From: Hyphochytrium catenoides
Lineage: Eukaryota > Protista > Hyphochytriomycota
Assembly: GCA_900088475.1 (NCBI GenBank)
Contig: FLMG01003322.1
Coordinates: 1-43,121 of the forward strand
Direction of reading: 5' to 3'
DNA length: 43,121 bases
The notes under the pieces were generated by a model. The model searched no databases, had not been told where the DNA came from, and saw only the letters and a list, made by a program, of their open reading frames with translations. Positions 22,901 through 34,900 of this stretch are shown here, one piece after another (position 1 is the first letter of the stretch; each line of letters opens with the position of its first letter). The position numbers and the translations under genes are program-made.

Positions 22901-23621
22901 ACTTTCATTTCCATGTTCATCGTTGAGTTCTATGGGCCTATGCATGTCCTTCAGCTGAGCTTGAGCTCCACTTAGCTCTGTTTTCAGCTCAGTAATCTCC
23001 TTCTTTAGGCCTTCCACCTGGCTCTCATGTTGCAATTCCGCCCGACGCATCTGGAATAGCTGTGTTTCCGCCAAAGTTAGCCGGAAGCGAACTTGATTTA
23101 GTTCCTCGGACTCTTGCGAAAGCTCCCTAATGCGCTTTTCTGCCGCTAGAAAAGAGTAAGGTTGCTCAACATAGTGCTAACTATGTGACGTCGAAAGTAA
23201 GCTTGACCATACCTTGAAGCTTGGCATTTAAATCTTTTAGGGCCTTGCTCTCGCTCTCGGTAGAGGGGGTTATAATGCCCTGTGGGGCACCGATCTTTTG
23301 GGAGCCGATAGCTTGCGGCGATTGGATGCTGGGTACATAAGGTATGGTTGCAGCTACGTCGCTGGGAGTTTTACTACGGATCGACGTAAAACCTTCATTC
23401 CCGAAGTCCGACCTCTTGTCCTTTGCCAAATAACCCGCGCTGTTACTTTTCTTCAACTCCCCAACGTTTGTTCCCTGTAATGGTTTAGTGTCCAAGGACC
23501 TAGTGCTAATGTTATCGTGTACTTTGCCTTGCGACTCGCCCGTAAGCGTGCCCGAAGACTTTTGGCTGCCCAAGGCCATCTTGGTCAGAGAGAAGATGTC
23601 AATTTTGCTATCCATGTTCAT
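19924..23621 (-). CDS. Long coiled-coil protein of unknown function, multi-exon
   Basis: Heptad-rich exons (AELQHESQVEGLKKEITELKTELSGAQAQLKDM; IKALEEKLGSATATIAQLESTVSKLQE; QRLKEQLRHQIAME...KKKLHRIQSPR*) flanked by GT-AG sites, with a central disordered region. Start codon tentative. Confidence 0.75.
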
Positions 23622-24296
23622 CTCCCTTTCATTGCCTCACGCTCCAACTTTGACCTTCTAGCAAGCGGATGGCAGACAATGCTCTTTAGAATATTTCTAG
23701 CCGCTGGCCAGATCTCCTCGAGCCATTTTGAAGCTTCATCTGGCGAACCTTGAACCTCGACTTGTATGGGTTCACGCTGCCTGTAACCCAATGACGGACT
23801 CAATGACGAAGTTTATTGATCAAAACAGGAATCAAATTAGGAAAGCAATTCGGGAATAGGAAGCGAAATTTAGGAGGTGCATTTCTAACCTTTTTGATGA
23901 TTCGCATGAGAGAGTTTGGGACATTGGTGGCACCTTTTAGCTTATCTGTAATAATGTCGTGCGGAACCCGGAAGAAAGTGAAACATTTCCCAAATTTGTA
24001 CATCAGTTACAAAGTGAAGCTTCCAATCTTCTTTACCGCGAATTTTCGCCCCATTTTAACCGATTTTCTTTTGGCTGTTATTTTATAAATCTTTTTTGCA
24101 GCCTCAACAGAGATCTGTGGAGTCTCTAAAATTATCTCTCAGCAACCAGCAGGCGCTATAAGAGGTAAAGATAGTTATAGTCAGTCGATAGGGTTTTCAA
24201 AGGATGAGCTAGAGAGTGCGTTATAGGCTCACTGGCTCAGTCCGCAACTCGGATATTATTCTAAGATAAACAAGTACTCAAGTGAGCAAGAAGAAG

Positions 24297-27200
24297 ATGA
24301 GTTCGACATCCTACAATGAGGAACCTTGGGAGGTTGCCCTTGGCGATACTGTTCAAAGGACCAGGGCGATTGGCAGAAGAACCCTCGATTTTATTGAGAA
24401 GAATGAAAATATGGTCTATGTGGAGTCATCGGAGGTAGGAAGTAACTCAAGTCACTCGACCCGCTATCCTTTCACAAAGTGACCATAACAACCGCGTTCC
24501 ATCTCAAAGTGGAAGAAGGTCCGTGATTTCGGGCGGAGGAACTTGGAAGTGAACTGGAGTCAGATGAAGCTGCGATTGAAAGTAAGTTCATGCTAGCGAG
24601 AGCTTACTTCGGATGTTGGGCTTAAGCTTAGCTGCCTAGGAGGAAGAGAAGCAGAGACGCCAGCGCTTTGGAGATACCAACACATACCCACCAGCAGATG
24701 ATATTCTGCTGGTGGACTCTGATGATGAGGATGACGAAGAAGTGGACATATCCCTGCAAGAGAGAAGGGTATGAACTTGTGATGATTATTCTTGCTGCTC
24801 CACTGGCGCTGATGGGACGCTAGGCAAGGAAATGGCTGGAGGAAGACTGGGACACTTCCACCTTTAGCGCCCAAGAGCTGGAAGGGGCGATTTCCGAGCT
24901 TATCGACATAGTCATCGCAGCCAGGGACCCCAAGAGGAGAAACCTTGCTTCACGAATGATCCATCATCTTGTGTCCAAACACTCAGGTATAATGGCTCCG
25001 CACGGCGACTTTGCAGTGTTTCACCTCTTTCTACTTATCCGACACAAGGTGCGCAGCGGTCATTTGAGATTGCATCAGAATCCTTGGTGAAGAAGACTTT
25101 CAAGAAAGTCATCTTTGGAGGGCAAGAACTTCAGAGAATCTGCAATCTTCTCCATTTACTGGCGGTGGTTGCCCCTCTGGTTGGTACGAAGCTCTTCATG
25201 GAGTCAACTGTAAGTCCAGCGCTTGCATGCATATGTATGGTAGCACTGGGTCCATGAGACGAACGGTGATGGTCTGCGAATAGGCATAGGTGTGACGCAT
25301 TGAATCCTCCATTAGCACTAAAATTGCCTTCTTTGTTGTGGCGAAGTAGTTAGATCGCTCTATCGCGTGTATTGGCGTCAGAATGGACCTGGCTGCCGCC
25401 TTGGTCCAGCAGTCCTACCGCTTTAGGCTGCTAAGAAAGAAGTTGGACAAAAGCGACATTCCGCTAATCGAGAGGACACGCCACAAAGCCCTAATGAGGT
25501 TCAAGGTCAGCCCCTATTCTCAGCGATTCCAGCTCTTGCTTTCCTTGCCTGGGCTCCACGTCCTAAACGATATCACTCTTCAGCAACTCGATCTCAGCGA
25601 GGCTTGGAAGAAGCTTCTTCGTAGCGCCAATGCGGGAGAAATGGATGAAGAAATGCTTCACAACCATCTTAGCATTATTCTGTCCCTGCTTGATCCCAAG
25701 AAAAATAACGACTACAAGATAGCCCGCGCTCAGGTCTGACTTCACTTTCAAAACTTTATCCTAAGAATCTTCATAGCGCATCCCACCCTTGTTGAGGGTN
25801 NNNNNNNNNNNNNNNNNNNNNNNNNNNNNNNNNNNNNNNNNNNNNNNNNNNNNNNNNNNNCCTTGGAGGGCTAGTGCCTATCGTCCAACTCTTTCGCCTG
25901 AACCAAACAACCTCAAGCATTTGCTGTAGAATCTTCTCTTTTCTTGCGGAGGAGCTGGATTTGATTGTTCCGGTATGTGCAGAAGGGAAAATCCCTGGAT
26001 AGGGGAGGTAGTCATTTGTTGCCATATGGGGAATCCTAAAATGTGATGCTAGATATTACGCAGCGAGTGCGTGGCAAAGCTGGCAGGTGCACTTCAGCTC
26101 TCTAGATCAACAGCGCCAGAGCAACTGCAACTCCAGGCTTTAATAGCTCTGGATGGCCTATCAGGTAGAGGCTTCCTTTTGCGTTGTCCTCGATCCTGTG
26201 CTGCGTCCCATTTGTTCTTACTACTCTCGCAATTGCTTCTATCCTCCAGTGGCTACTGAGCGCTAAGCTAGACGCTTCTGATGCCACCTTCTTCTGTCCG
26301 ATTGGCCGCAGAAAACATCATCTACTATAGCACTGTCAATGCTGACTCAAAGTTCACTAGTTTGGTGGCTGGACAAGCTCAAACAGAGAGAAAAATGACG
26401 GAGGAGATGGCAAAAAGCCGTGCTGGGCTCTTTCACATAGTCCTGAAAGTATTGGCTATCCCTTCCGTTATAAGTAGTATTGCAGACTTTATTTGCTCCT
26501 CTAGTGTGGAGCATCAGCTCAAGGCTATCCAAGTAAGAGTGATACTTGCCTGTCAAGAACTGTGCAATATCGTTTTCGCAGAAGTTTCCTCCCGCCTGTG
26601 TCCTCAATTTAGCCATAAACTCTCCAATTACCTTTCTCAATTTTATCCCTTTTACAGCTAGTACACAGCCTTGCATGCGGCCCAGGATATGCGATTGTGC
26701 TCGACCACTTTACCAAGGCGGGAGGAGCAGCGTTAGAAAGCCTAGTTCGAGGTTCGTGATGGCCTATCATCTTGCTCAACAGTCGATATATTCTTATGAT
26801 TAGGTTTGCCAAACTCTCACTCAATGGTCGTCCCTGCAGCTATGGCCTCTTCTGACGAAAGAGTAGTAAGCGCAACAATACAGGGAATTTCTCAGCTACT
26901 ATCTCGTCCCGAGGGCAGAGACGGCTGTGAGTCAGCGGGAATGTTAGCAATGCTGCACCAGCTGGGTGGAACATCAGACTTGAGGAGCGTGCTGGCTTTT
27001 ATTTGTATTAGTTACTTGACGAGGCAGGTGAGTCCCTGTGCATTGTGGTATCATTTAGCCAAGGGGCACCAAACTATGTCACCTATGTATCAGCCAATAG
27101 CCCTATCTTGCCACCCAAAAAGTGCAGATTCGACTTGGACTTAACTGTTGCTCTTCTTCGACCGTCAGGGCATATATAGTACTGAAAGAAGAGATGCCAA

Positions 27201-30200
27201 TCGTTATAAAATCTCGCTTGAGGACCTACTGGACGTTTGCCTGCGTCTGTTGCTAGAATCGCTGTGCAGACCAGGCACATACGGTCGAGATGCCGCGCTG
27301 CGATTTAGCCGCCTAGACGTACTACCGGCGTTAAGAGACTTTCTAATACATCCGGAGAACCCAGCCTTCGTCTACCAATGCTCACGCCTTCAAAGGTGCC
27401 TATCTCGTTGCGTAACTAAAGTCTATGTCTCTCGAGTGTTGTGGCCCTTGTAGCAATCGACCTGTCTATTAGTGGTTTGCACTACTAACGTGAAGCCTTA
27501 GATTTGTCTTACTGGCATCCTTTGTCGTCCAAGCCTTCCCTAGCATATATCCTCTGGTATCCGATAGCACCTAAAGCCTCACAAACTTCCAGTCACCGGT
27601 TGTCCACCTTCCCAGAGTCCTAGAAGAACCCTAGTGTTGTATAGTCTCTTCACTAACTTTTTTTCGCTTCCTATCTTTCCAGATGCACCACTGCAATTAT
27701 TTTATGGAAGTTATGTGTCGATGCAATTGCGGTGACCCAGCTATACTCTGGTGAGCTTGTCAGCTACTTGGTCCGCCTAATGCAACATAACCACACCGAA
27801 AAGGCAGATGGGTTGCTCACTTCTCTTTCCACGGAAGAGCAGGTATATTGAATCCCACATCGCTCCCACGGCCCGAACTAACATGAATGCGTCTCGCTAC
27901 CTCACTATCGCCGTCGTCAAAGGGTCTCTTTGAAGTTTCAACACAGGCTAGCTGCTCTGCTCTAGCTTCTTTGGCTTCTCTGACTCTAAACACCAAGGTT
28001 GAGGTGATTCAAGACGTGAGAGAAAAATTTCAGCACGACAGAGCCTTTGACTGGGAAGGACCAATTTGGAAGGCGAGTACTCAAAGATCCCTGAAAAGAA
28101 GCCAACGCAAAGGGTAACCCTTAGGTGCTGAAGGTTTATCTTATACCCTTCTCCTATTGTACAGGTAGCTGAGATAATATTGAAGCAGCATGCCCTCCAA
28201 GACATTGCGGCTCTAGCCATGGTGCCTAGGTAGGGATACGTGTTCCTCTAGGTTGGTCATCTTTCTCTTTCTTCCATACCTGAGCTTTTACCCCCAATCA
28301 ATAAGTGGCATACCGTTCACCTTCATTGGAAACGACGTTCGTTTCTCATTGTCTTATAACTCCTTGGTATTCTATAGCTTCAAGGGCATCACATATGAGG
28401 CTGATATAGAGTTAGCATCGGTTGCTATCCACCTGATTGGCTGCATTTGTCCCGAATCTCCAAATGGCGACGAGTCCGGAAGGCAAAGGGAGGCAAATCT
28501 CCCAACGGAGGCTGACAAAAGGCGGCTAATACGTCTCCTTAGTAGAATACTCTCAGAGACTGCTGATGTTCTAATCACGAATTTGACCATGTAGGGTGTG
28601 CATCCTCAAATCTAACGTCATGCTCTATCTACCTGTACAACAACTGTAGCTCTTCCTGCAAACGCTGATTACTGCTCCACCGTTGTCTCACCTTAACGTT
28701 CGCTGTCTCTTAGCGGAACCTCTACCAACCAGGTTCGTAGCTTGTGCTACCATGCGTTGGCTAGGCTTTGTAGCACAGAGGAGAGTTGTAGAGAGGTTAT
28801 GGCGAAGGACTTGCTAAAGGCTATCGACCAAAACTTTGCAGAGTACTCAGCTCTCTTTTCTCGCACCAAAAGAGTAAGCAAGGGCGCGTTTGTACCTCCT
28901 CATCAGGTCTGGTGCTTTGAAGAGAAAGCGGACAGAATGAGGTACGCTGAACGAGAGGGGAGAAGCTTGTCCGGCCAGTATCCTGACCCTTGGGATGGTC
29001 AGACTCATTGGTTGCGGCCAAATCTATCAATAAAACTCAGTCATCACCCGATGTCCGCTGACACTTGGTCTTCGCAGTTTGCAAAAAATCCCTGCGTCAG
29101 CCTTCGAACTGATTGCGAACCTTTCCAAAACAATTGAGGGCAAGGAAAAAGTATCGGAGAATGGCATCTTCCTGCTAGCTCTGGAACGATTCTGCATGAA
29201 TACGGGCCAAGATAAAGATCTTGACGGTATGGCGATCTGTCCTTCCAACACCAATATATTTGATCAACCTTGTGAATAAATAGGGCTTGATTGTCTTTAC
29301 AATCTATTGACAACCGTTCCGGCTCCTCAAATTTATTTTAGCGCTGAACTCCATCCCATGCGTTATCATGTGTTCAATTGTATATTGATAGTATGTCTTC
29401 ACCGTGTAACTCCTGCATTCTTCAGAGGATGAAGAGGCACTAGTTCAAATTGCGTGCCTTATGTCGCGCATGACGAATGCCAACACTCGGCATCTCGGGA
29501 ATGTAAATGAGATATTGGTGCAAAAGAGTGTGATACTTGGCTTACGGAGACTAGTACTCTCAAATCGACCTCACCTCCGTTATTTTGGCTTCCAAGTGCT
29601 GGGGGCTCTATCCGAGGACATTCTCTTGGCAGGACCAGCTATTATGACAGCAGATTTCCTTACCCCCTGCGAAGGGCTCCTTTCTCGTCAGTGAAACGTA
29701 TTTTTAGATTTGTAAAAGTCTTGCACCGGATGCTGGTTTACTCTATGGTGTCGCATCTTTGACTTCTGACTTCCGTTTGGCTTCCGCTCCCCCTTGACCT
29801 CGGCTCTCCTACTCTAATTTTAGCTACATCCTTTGATTTCTTCCATTTTTTGACCTCTGGTTCTTCTACGTGGTTCTAGCTTTCTATTTCGTTTAACTCA
29901 AACGGTCTTGGTGTATGATACATGACCATCAAGCGCGACGGTTATATTAATTCATTCAACCTCATGACGTGACTTGTTTACCTGCTTCATGTACTGATTA
30001 CTTTGTCTTTCCAGACTTCTATGACTCCTCCAATCCTACCCCTCAGCCAATAGCGAGACAGATCCTGCGCTTGATACGAAACTTGATGAGCTATCCCGAA
30101 GGTGGGATGGTCATTCGCTGAGTCCATTGGGCTTCCTTCCCTGCACTTGTCTCACTCTCCATTTACCTCTCATGTTTCTTCTGGGACTTGTCGTTATAAC

Positions 30201-31896
30201 CAACCCCTCTTGCCTTCAGAGAATTTGACCTTTGGTTAGTGCTAATGAGTTTTTCATCAGCTGGTTTGAAAAAAGCCATAGAGAGTGGTGGTGTTTTGCG
30301 CCATGTTCTTAGAATTGCCAGTGATTTCAAACTCGAGCTTTCCTGCGATCGGGTGGACAAATCTGTTAAGAGCTTGGGTGAGTGGGGTGACGGTTCATGT
30401 ACACTTGGCACCATGATGACCACTGCAAACACTGCAAAAGAGGCTTCGAGTGGTAGGAGCTTTTTGTATAGCTCCTTGATGCAATAGAGCTAGCACTGTC
30501 ACACAAACTTTAATGTCACTGATTTCTCTATGACTGACCAGTGCTTTTGCATTTAGGAGAGCTTGCACGGGAGATTCTTGGCCTGGTTGGACATGGCACT
30601 GGAGTTGGAAGAGGACAAGATAGCAAGCTATCCGACCTAAAGAAAGAAGCTGTCGAACAGAAGCCCGCTTATGACGGGGACGAAAGGTAATGCAAGGAGT
30701 TGACTTTCGGTCTATACCTGGGAAAGGCTGAACGTTTGGGCCATGCAAGTTCCCGCTATCCGCAAGCAAGCAATCCCGTTACAGCAAAATCGCTCTGCTG
30801 CTCTCTCTTCTCTCCCCTAGTCGCAGTCTACTCCAGTCTCTCATACTCCTATACCCCGTTACTGCTTTGTCGCATGCCTCTTTCCATTCCCAGAGTGAAA
30901 AAGGAGGAGAACCAACGAAGCTTTGAGCGGGAGATGCAGCAATTATTGCAAACTTCCTGCTTCCCGCAACCTAGGTCTCCTCCCGAAGTTGCTAAGAAGA
31001 GGGCAATTGAAGTCAAATCTCCTTCTCAGGCCCCTTCCTCTCCTATACGATCTCCTGCTGTGTCGAAAACCAAGAAGGCAGAGCTTGGAAAAGGCTCCAA
31101 TCTCTTGCCTGTACTGCCTGTTGATTGGCTTGCCACCAAACCCAGTAAGCTGCCAGAAAGGCCCAAAGGGCAATCATCTATGCCACAGACAGTCATCGCG
31201 AATTCTCCATTGAAGGTAAGGGATGGGGACTGACGTTTCAGCATCTACCAGAGATCATGCTTCGTGTAGTATCTTCGGCGTCAAAAGAGACTGGCTGCTT
31301 CGCTTGCCACTTCCTTTCAAGTGCCTTCCTACGATTCTGTCTACAGACTACTCTATTCCAAGCCTAGCTAGACCAATATTGATTCTATACTTCCATAGTC
31401 TGTTCACTATCAGACCTAACGTTCTTCTACAAATGACAGACACCACCTGAGAAGACAACAAAGGTTTATAACTTCGCCCGTCCTGTTCGGGCTGTCCAGG
31501 ATGCTCCTCCTGCAGCTCTATTTCTTGACCCTACTTTCGCCAGCGTTCGTGTGGATCTCTCTATGGAACAAAAGCTGAGTAAAGAGACACTTTCAGAGGA
31601 AGCAGAAACTCCCCAACAAGCGAACCCTATCACTAATCTGAAACCCAATAGACAGACAGGATTTAGCCATAGGCTCAGCTTCAGTGGACAGCAAGTGGTC
31701 GTGAAGTCATTGCGCGATGCAGGAACGCATTGAAGGGCTCAGTCGGTAGGAGGCCATCTCTGCCAATCAGTCGGCATTAGAAGAGGAGGAAACAGATATG
31801 GGATCCGTAACGGCCCTTACTCTTATACTCGAAACTATGGACAAGAGAGAGGTGACCAAAGATATAATGATTATCTATGACGAGTCTAGACGATAA
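24297..31896 (+). CDS. Large armadillo/HEAT-repeat protein, many exons, with low-complexity Ser/Pro-rich C-terminus
   Basis: ARM-like exons: GGLVPIVQLFR, CYHALARLCSTEESCREVMAKDLLKAI, AFELIANLSKTIEGKEKVSENGI, GLRRLVLSNRPHLRYFGFQVLGALS, ILRLIRNLMSYPE/GLKKAIESGGVL. Last exon ...DIMIIYDESRR* (TAA at 31894-31896). Could be more than one gene. Confidence 0.75.
25800..25860. other. Assembly gap within the ARM-repeat gene (covers an intron/exon junction)
   Basis: N run directly upstream of coding-like LGGLVPIVQLFR. Confidence 0.9.
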
Positions 31897-31991
31897 TAGC
31901 TTAGAGCCAGGGAGGATGAGCGGTGCCAGGGGTACTGAGTCTGCCTTGACGCTCAATATTTATTAGTATTTATGCAGCACTCAGAAGACAA

Positions 31992-34900
31992 TTACCGTTT
32001 CTCCACTTGTTTCCGTCGTGGGGCCTTTCTATGATTGGCGGTGTTAGAGTGTGCATCGTCAGAATGTCTCTGATCTCTTCTCTTAGTCTTTATGCCCGTT
32101 GTTTTTCTGTGTACCTCCACAGCTTCAGTTCTAGGCACGGAAATTGTAGCCTCTCCTTGCTCAGCTGCAATTGTGGAGGAGGGCTTACCTCTGGGCGATC
32201 CTTCACTGAGTTGGCCACCTTCATCTCCTCTGTCCCTGTTTCTAGCTTTATCTGTTGTTTCGCCCCTCTCCGGACCTTCTATCTCGACTTTGGGCCGCTC
32301 AACCGCCGCTGTTTTCTCTAAGGAATCACCAAGCAGGGCAACGCCAACTTCAACTTTTTCACCTTCTTCTACCTTCGAGCCCACTATCAACTCTGTGGCT
32401 TGACCTTGTCGCTTCTGTATCTCTTTACGTTTTGCTCTGAGATCCGAGGGTTGGAGAGCAGAAGGTTTGTACTCACCAAGACTCGAGTCCTCTAACACCT
32501 TGAGAGACGAGGAAAAGCCTTCTAGCATTTTTTCTGCCTTTTCATTCCCCTGGTAACGCATCAGGATCATTTTTGTCTTCTTGTGTACGTCGTCAAGCAG
32601 TCTCCGGTAGTCGGCTAGCTCAGCACGTTTGATGACCAGAAGCTCCAGCAGATTTTGAGGCTTCAGCTGACTAAGTTCAAAGGGCTGTCTAATGCCGATA
32701 GAAAGCGCTCTAGCTCCAAGAGCTTTAATTCCTTGCTTTAGAACTCTCCATTTCCTCTTTCCAGGTGGCACAGAGGTGGTCACCTCTACATTGTCCACAC
32801 TCCGGGGATTAGTTGGGGAAGAAGATGAGTTTGCAGCCGGAGGGGAAGAAACCGGAGTAACGCAAGAGGCGGAAGAGGTAGGCGGTAGAAGACTAGCTCC
32901 GTCTTCGAAGATCCTCCGGTGAGAAGTTCCCTCCTGCATGGAATCTAGTGCTTCCGTCTTCAGAGTCTTTTCTTCCCCTGGAGAGACCAAAGAACTATTA
33001 GTCGGGGGCTTTCCGTCATCCAGCTGGGGGCTCTCTTCTTCGTGGCTCTGTTCGTCGGCACAGTGGACAGAAGAAGTCTCGTCCAATGTAATAGGATTTT
33101 CAGCTGACGAGGGGATATTTTGCAGTTCTTCATCTGCTCCACTATCTCTATTTTCCTCTTCAATTCGTAGCCGTCTTTGTGAGCCTCTGCCTTTGGCAAG
33201 CTGCAATGGCGTCGACGTCTTTCTGCTGGCACGCTTCACTCTCTTTGGTTGCACTCTGATCTCATTAATCTCAACAATCTTCTTGACAATGTCCGCATGC
33301 TCTTCCTTCTTCCTCTCAACCATCCTCTCCCATTCCTCTCTGTGTCTCTTCTTTTCCTCTTTGAACTGGACGAAGACGGGTATGATCGCTCTTTCAAAGA
33401 TTTTAACAGCTTGACGTACAAGAGCCACCTGCTTGTCCAGCTTCTTCTGCTCCGGGCCATGATTCTGGAGGAGAACCGTGACAATCTTGGAGCTCTCCCT
33501 CTCTACAATTTCCACGTCCTTACGCGAGAGCGCTTTCTCTAGCTGTGTTCCGATCCTGTTGAGTTGGCTAACAATCTCCCCAATGTGCTTGATCTGAGAG
33601 ACAGAGTTGGTTCCCATTCTATAGACTGTCTCCAACTGGTTTAGGTTTTGGGACGTGAGAGATGGAAAGGGAAGAGGCTCATAAGGAGGTATCTCTAACT
33701 CAGGAATAGGTAACGGAGGATCAGGAGGAAGGATGATCCACTCTGCCTCTTCTCTCCTTCTCTCTTCTTCTCGTGCTAGAAGCCATACCGTGGCAGGAGG
33801 AAGACTTTCCTTATCGACCCATTGAATCTCTAAGTCCACAGCCATCTTCTCTCCTCCCTCGCTGACCCCATCACCTTGTAGGGTATAAAGACCACGGACA
33901 ACCCTTCCGTGGTCAAAAGAGAGAAGAGGTAGCAGAATTTTTCCAAGTTCGGCGCTCTGGAGATAGTTGAAATTGTAGAGAGTGAGGGAGAGCTTCTCGT
34001 CCTTATTCTTCTCCCAGGTGCAGGGGAAACCAAAGACTTCATTCCATTCAGGCGAGGACGACTCTTTAGCCACTCTGGTCTTCCAGCTTTCATCTCCCAG
34101 TGTCATCTCTATGAAGGGGCGAAGCTTCTCCTCCTTGGTCCTGACGTTGTTCGCGGAGAAGAGGCGAACAAAGAGACAACTTAAACTTTGCAGTCTCTCC
34201 TTCTCCTCCTGCTCTGCCTGCTGCTGAGACTGAGCAGCCCTTTCTCCTGCCATCCCTGCCGCTCGAGAGCGAAGGAGAGAAACTCCTTTCTTTTTCTTCA
34301 TATCCTGATGTGCCTTTCTCCTAGCGATCCGTCGTCTATACGCCATCTGGATTGTGATCGTCGCTTGTATCTTCCCATAGTCTCCCACCATGACATAGGT
34401 GGGAGGAACAGAGAGAGACTTCTCTCCAGTCTCTTTGCTGATGAAGTGAAATTGAGATGCACTTTCATCATACACTTCGACCCATTTCAGGGGATCAAGG
34501 GAGTGTGCGGAGTCTGCTACTTTCTTGCACTGCTCCACTCGTGCCTTAAGTCCTGGCTTGAGTGACTGGAGAGACAAGAAAATAGACAAAGAGGAGAAAG
34601 GTCGTTAGGGCAAAACATCCGTGAGGAGTACTCAGCAGATTTCACAGGTCCGATATGACTGTGAACACAATCAGTTGAAAGAAGCGAAGTATAAGCTTCT
34701 GCAGGCAGACAAAGGGGCGCATGATTAAAAGATCGCTGCCCACCATGCCAGAACAGACAGATCCGACATCCCGACTATGGAAGCAGTACGAGCGAGAATA
34801 TCAGGAAGTTTGAAGATAGATGGCTGCTCACCTTCATCATATCCAGGGCCCTAGCGGCAGTAACAGCCTCTACATCAGCTGGGGACATCTCCTCATCCTC

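Noticed and set aside
11029-31896. Stop-codon reassignment or programmed frameshifting as the cause of fragmented ORFs
   Set aside because: Every break examined resolves with GT-AG introns, and TAA, TAG and TGA all act as stops in this window.
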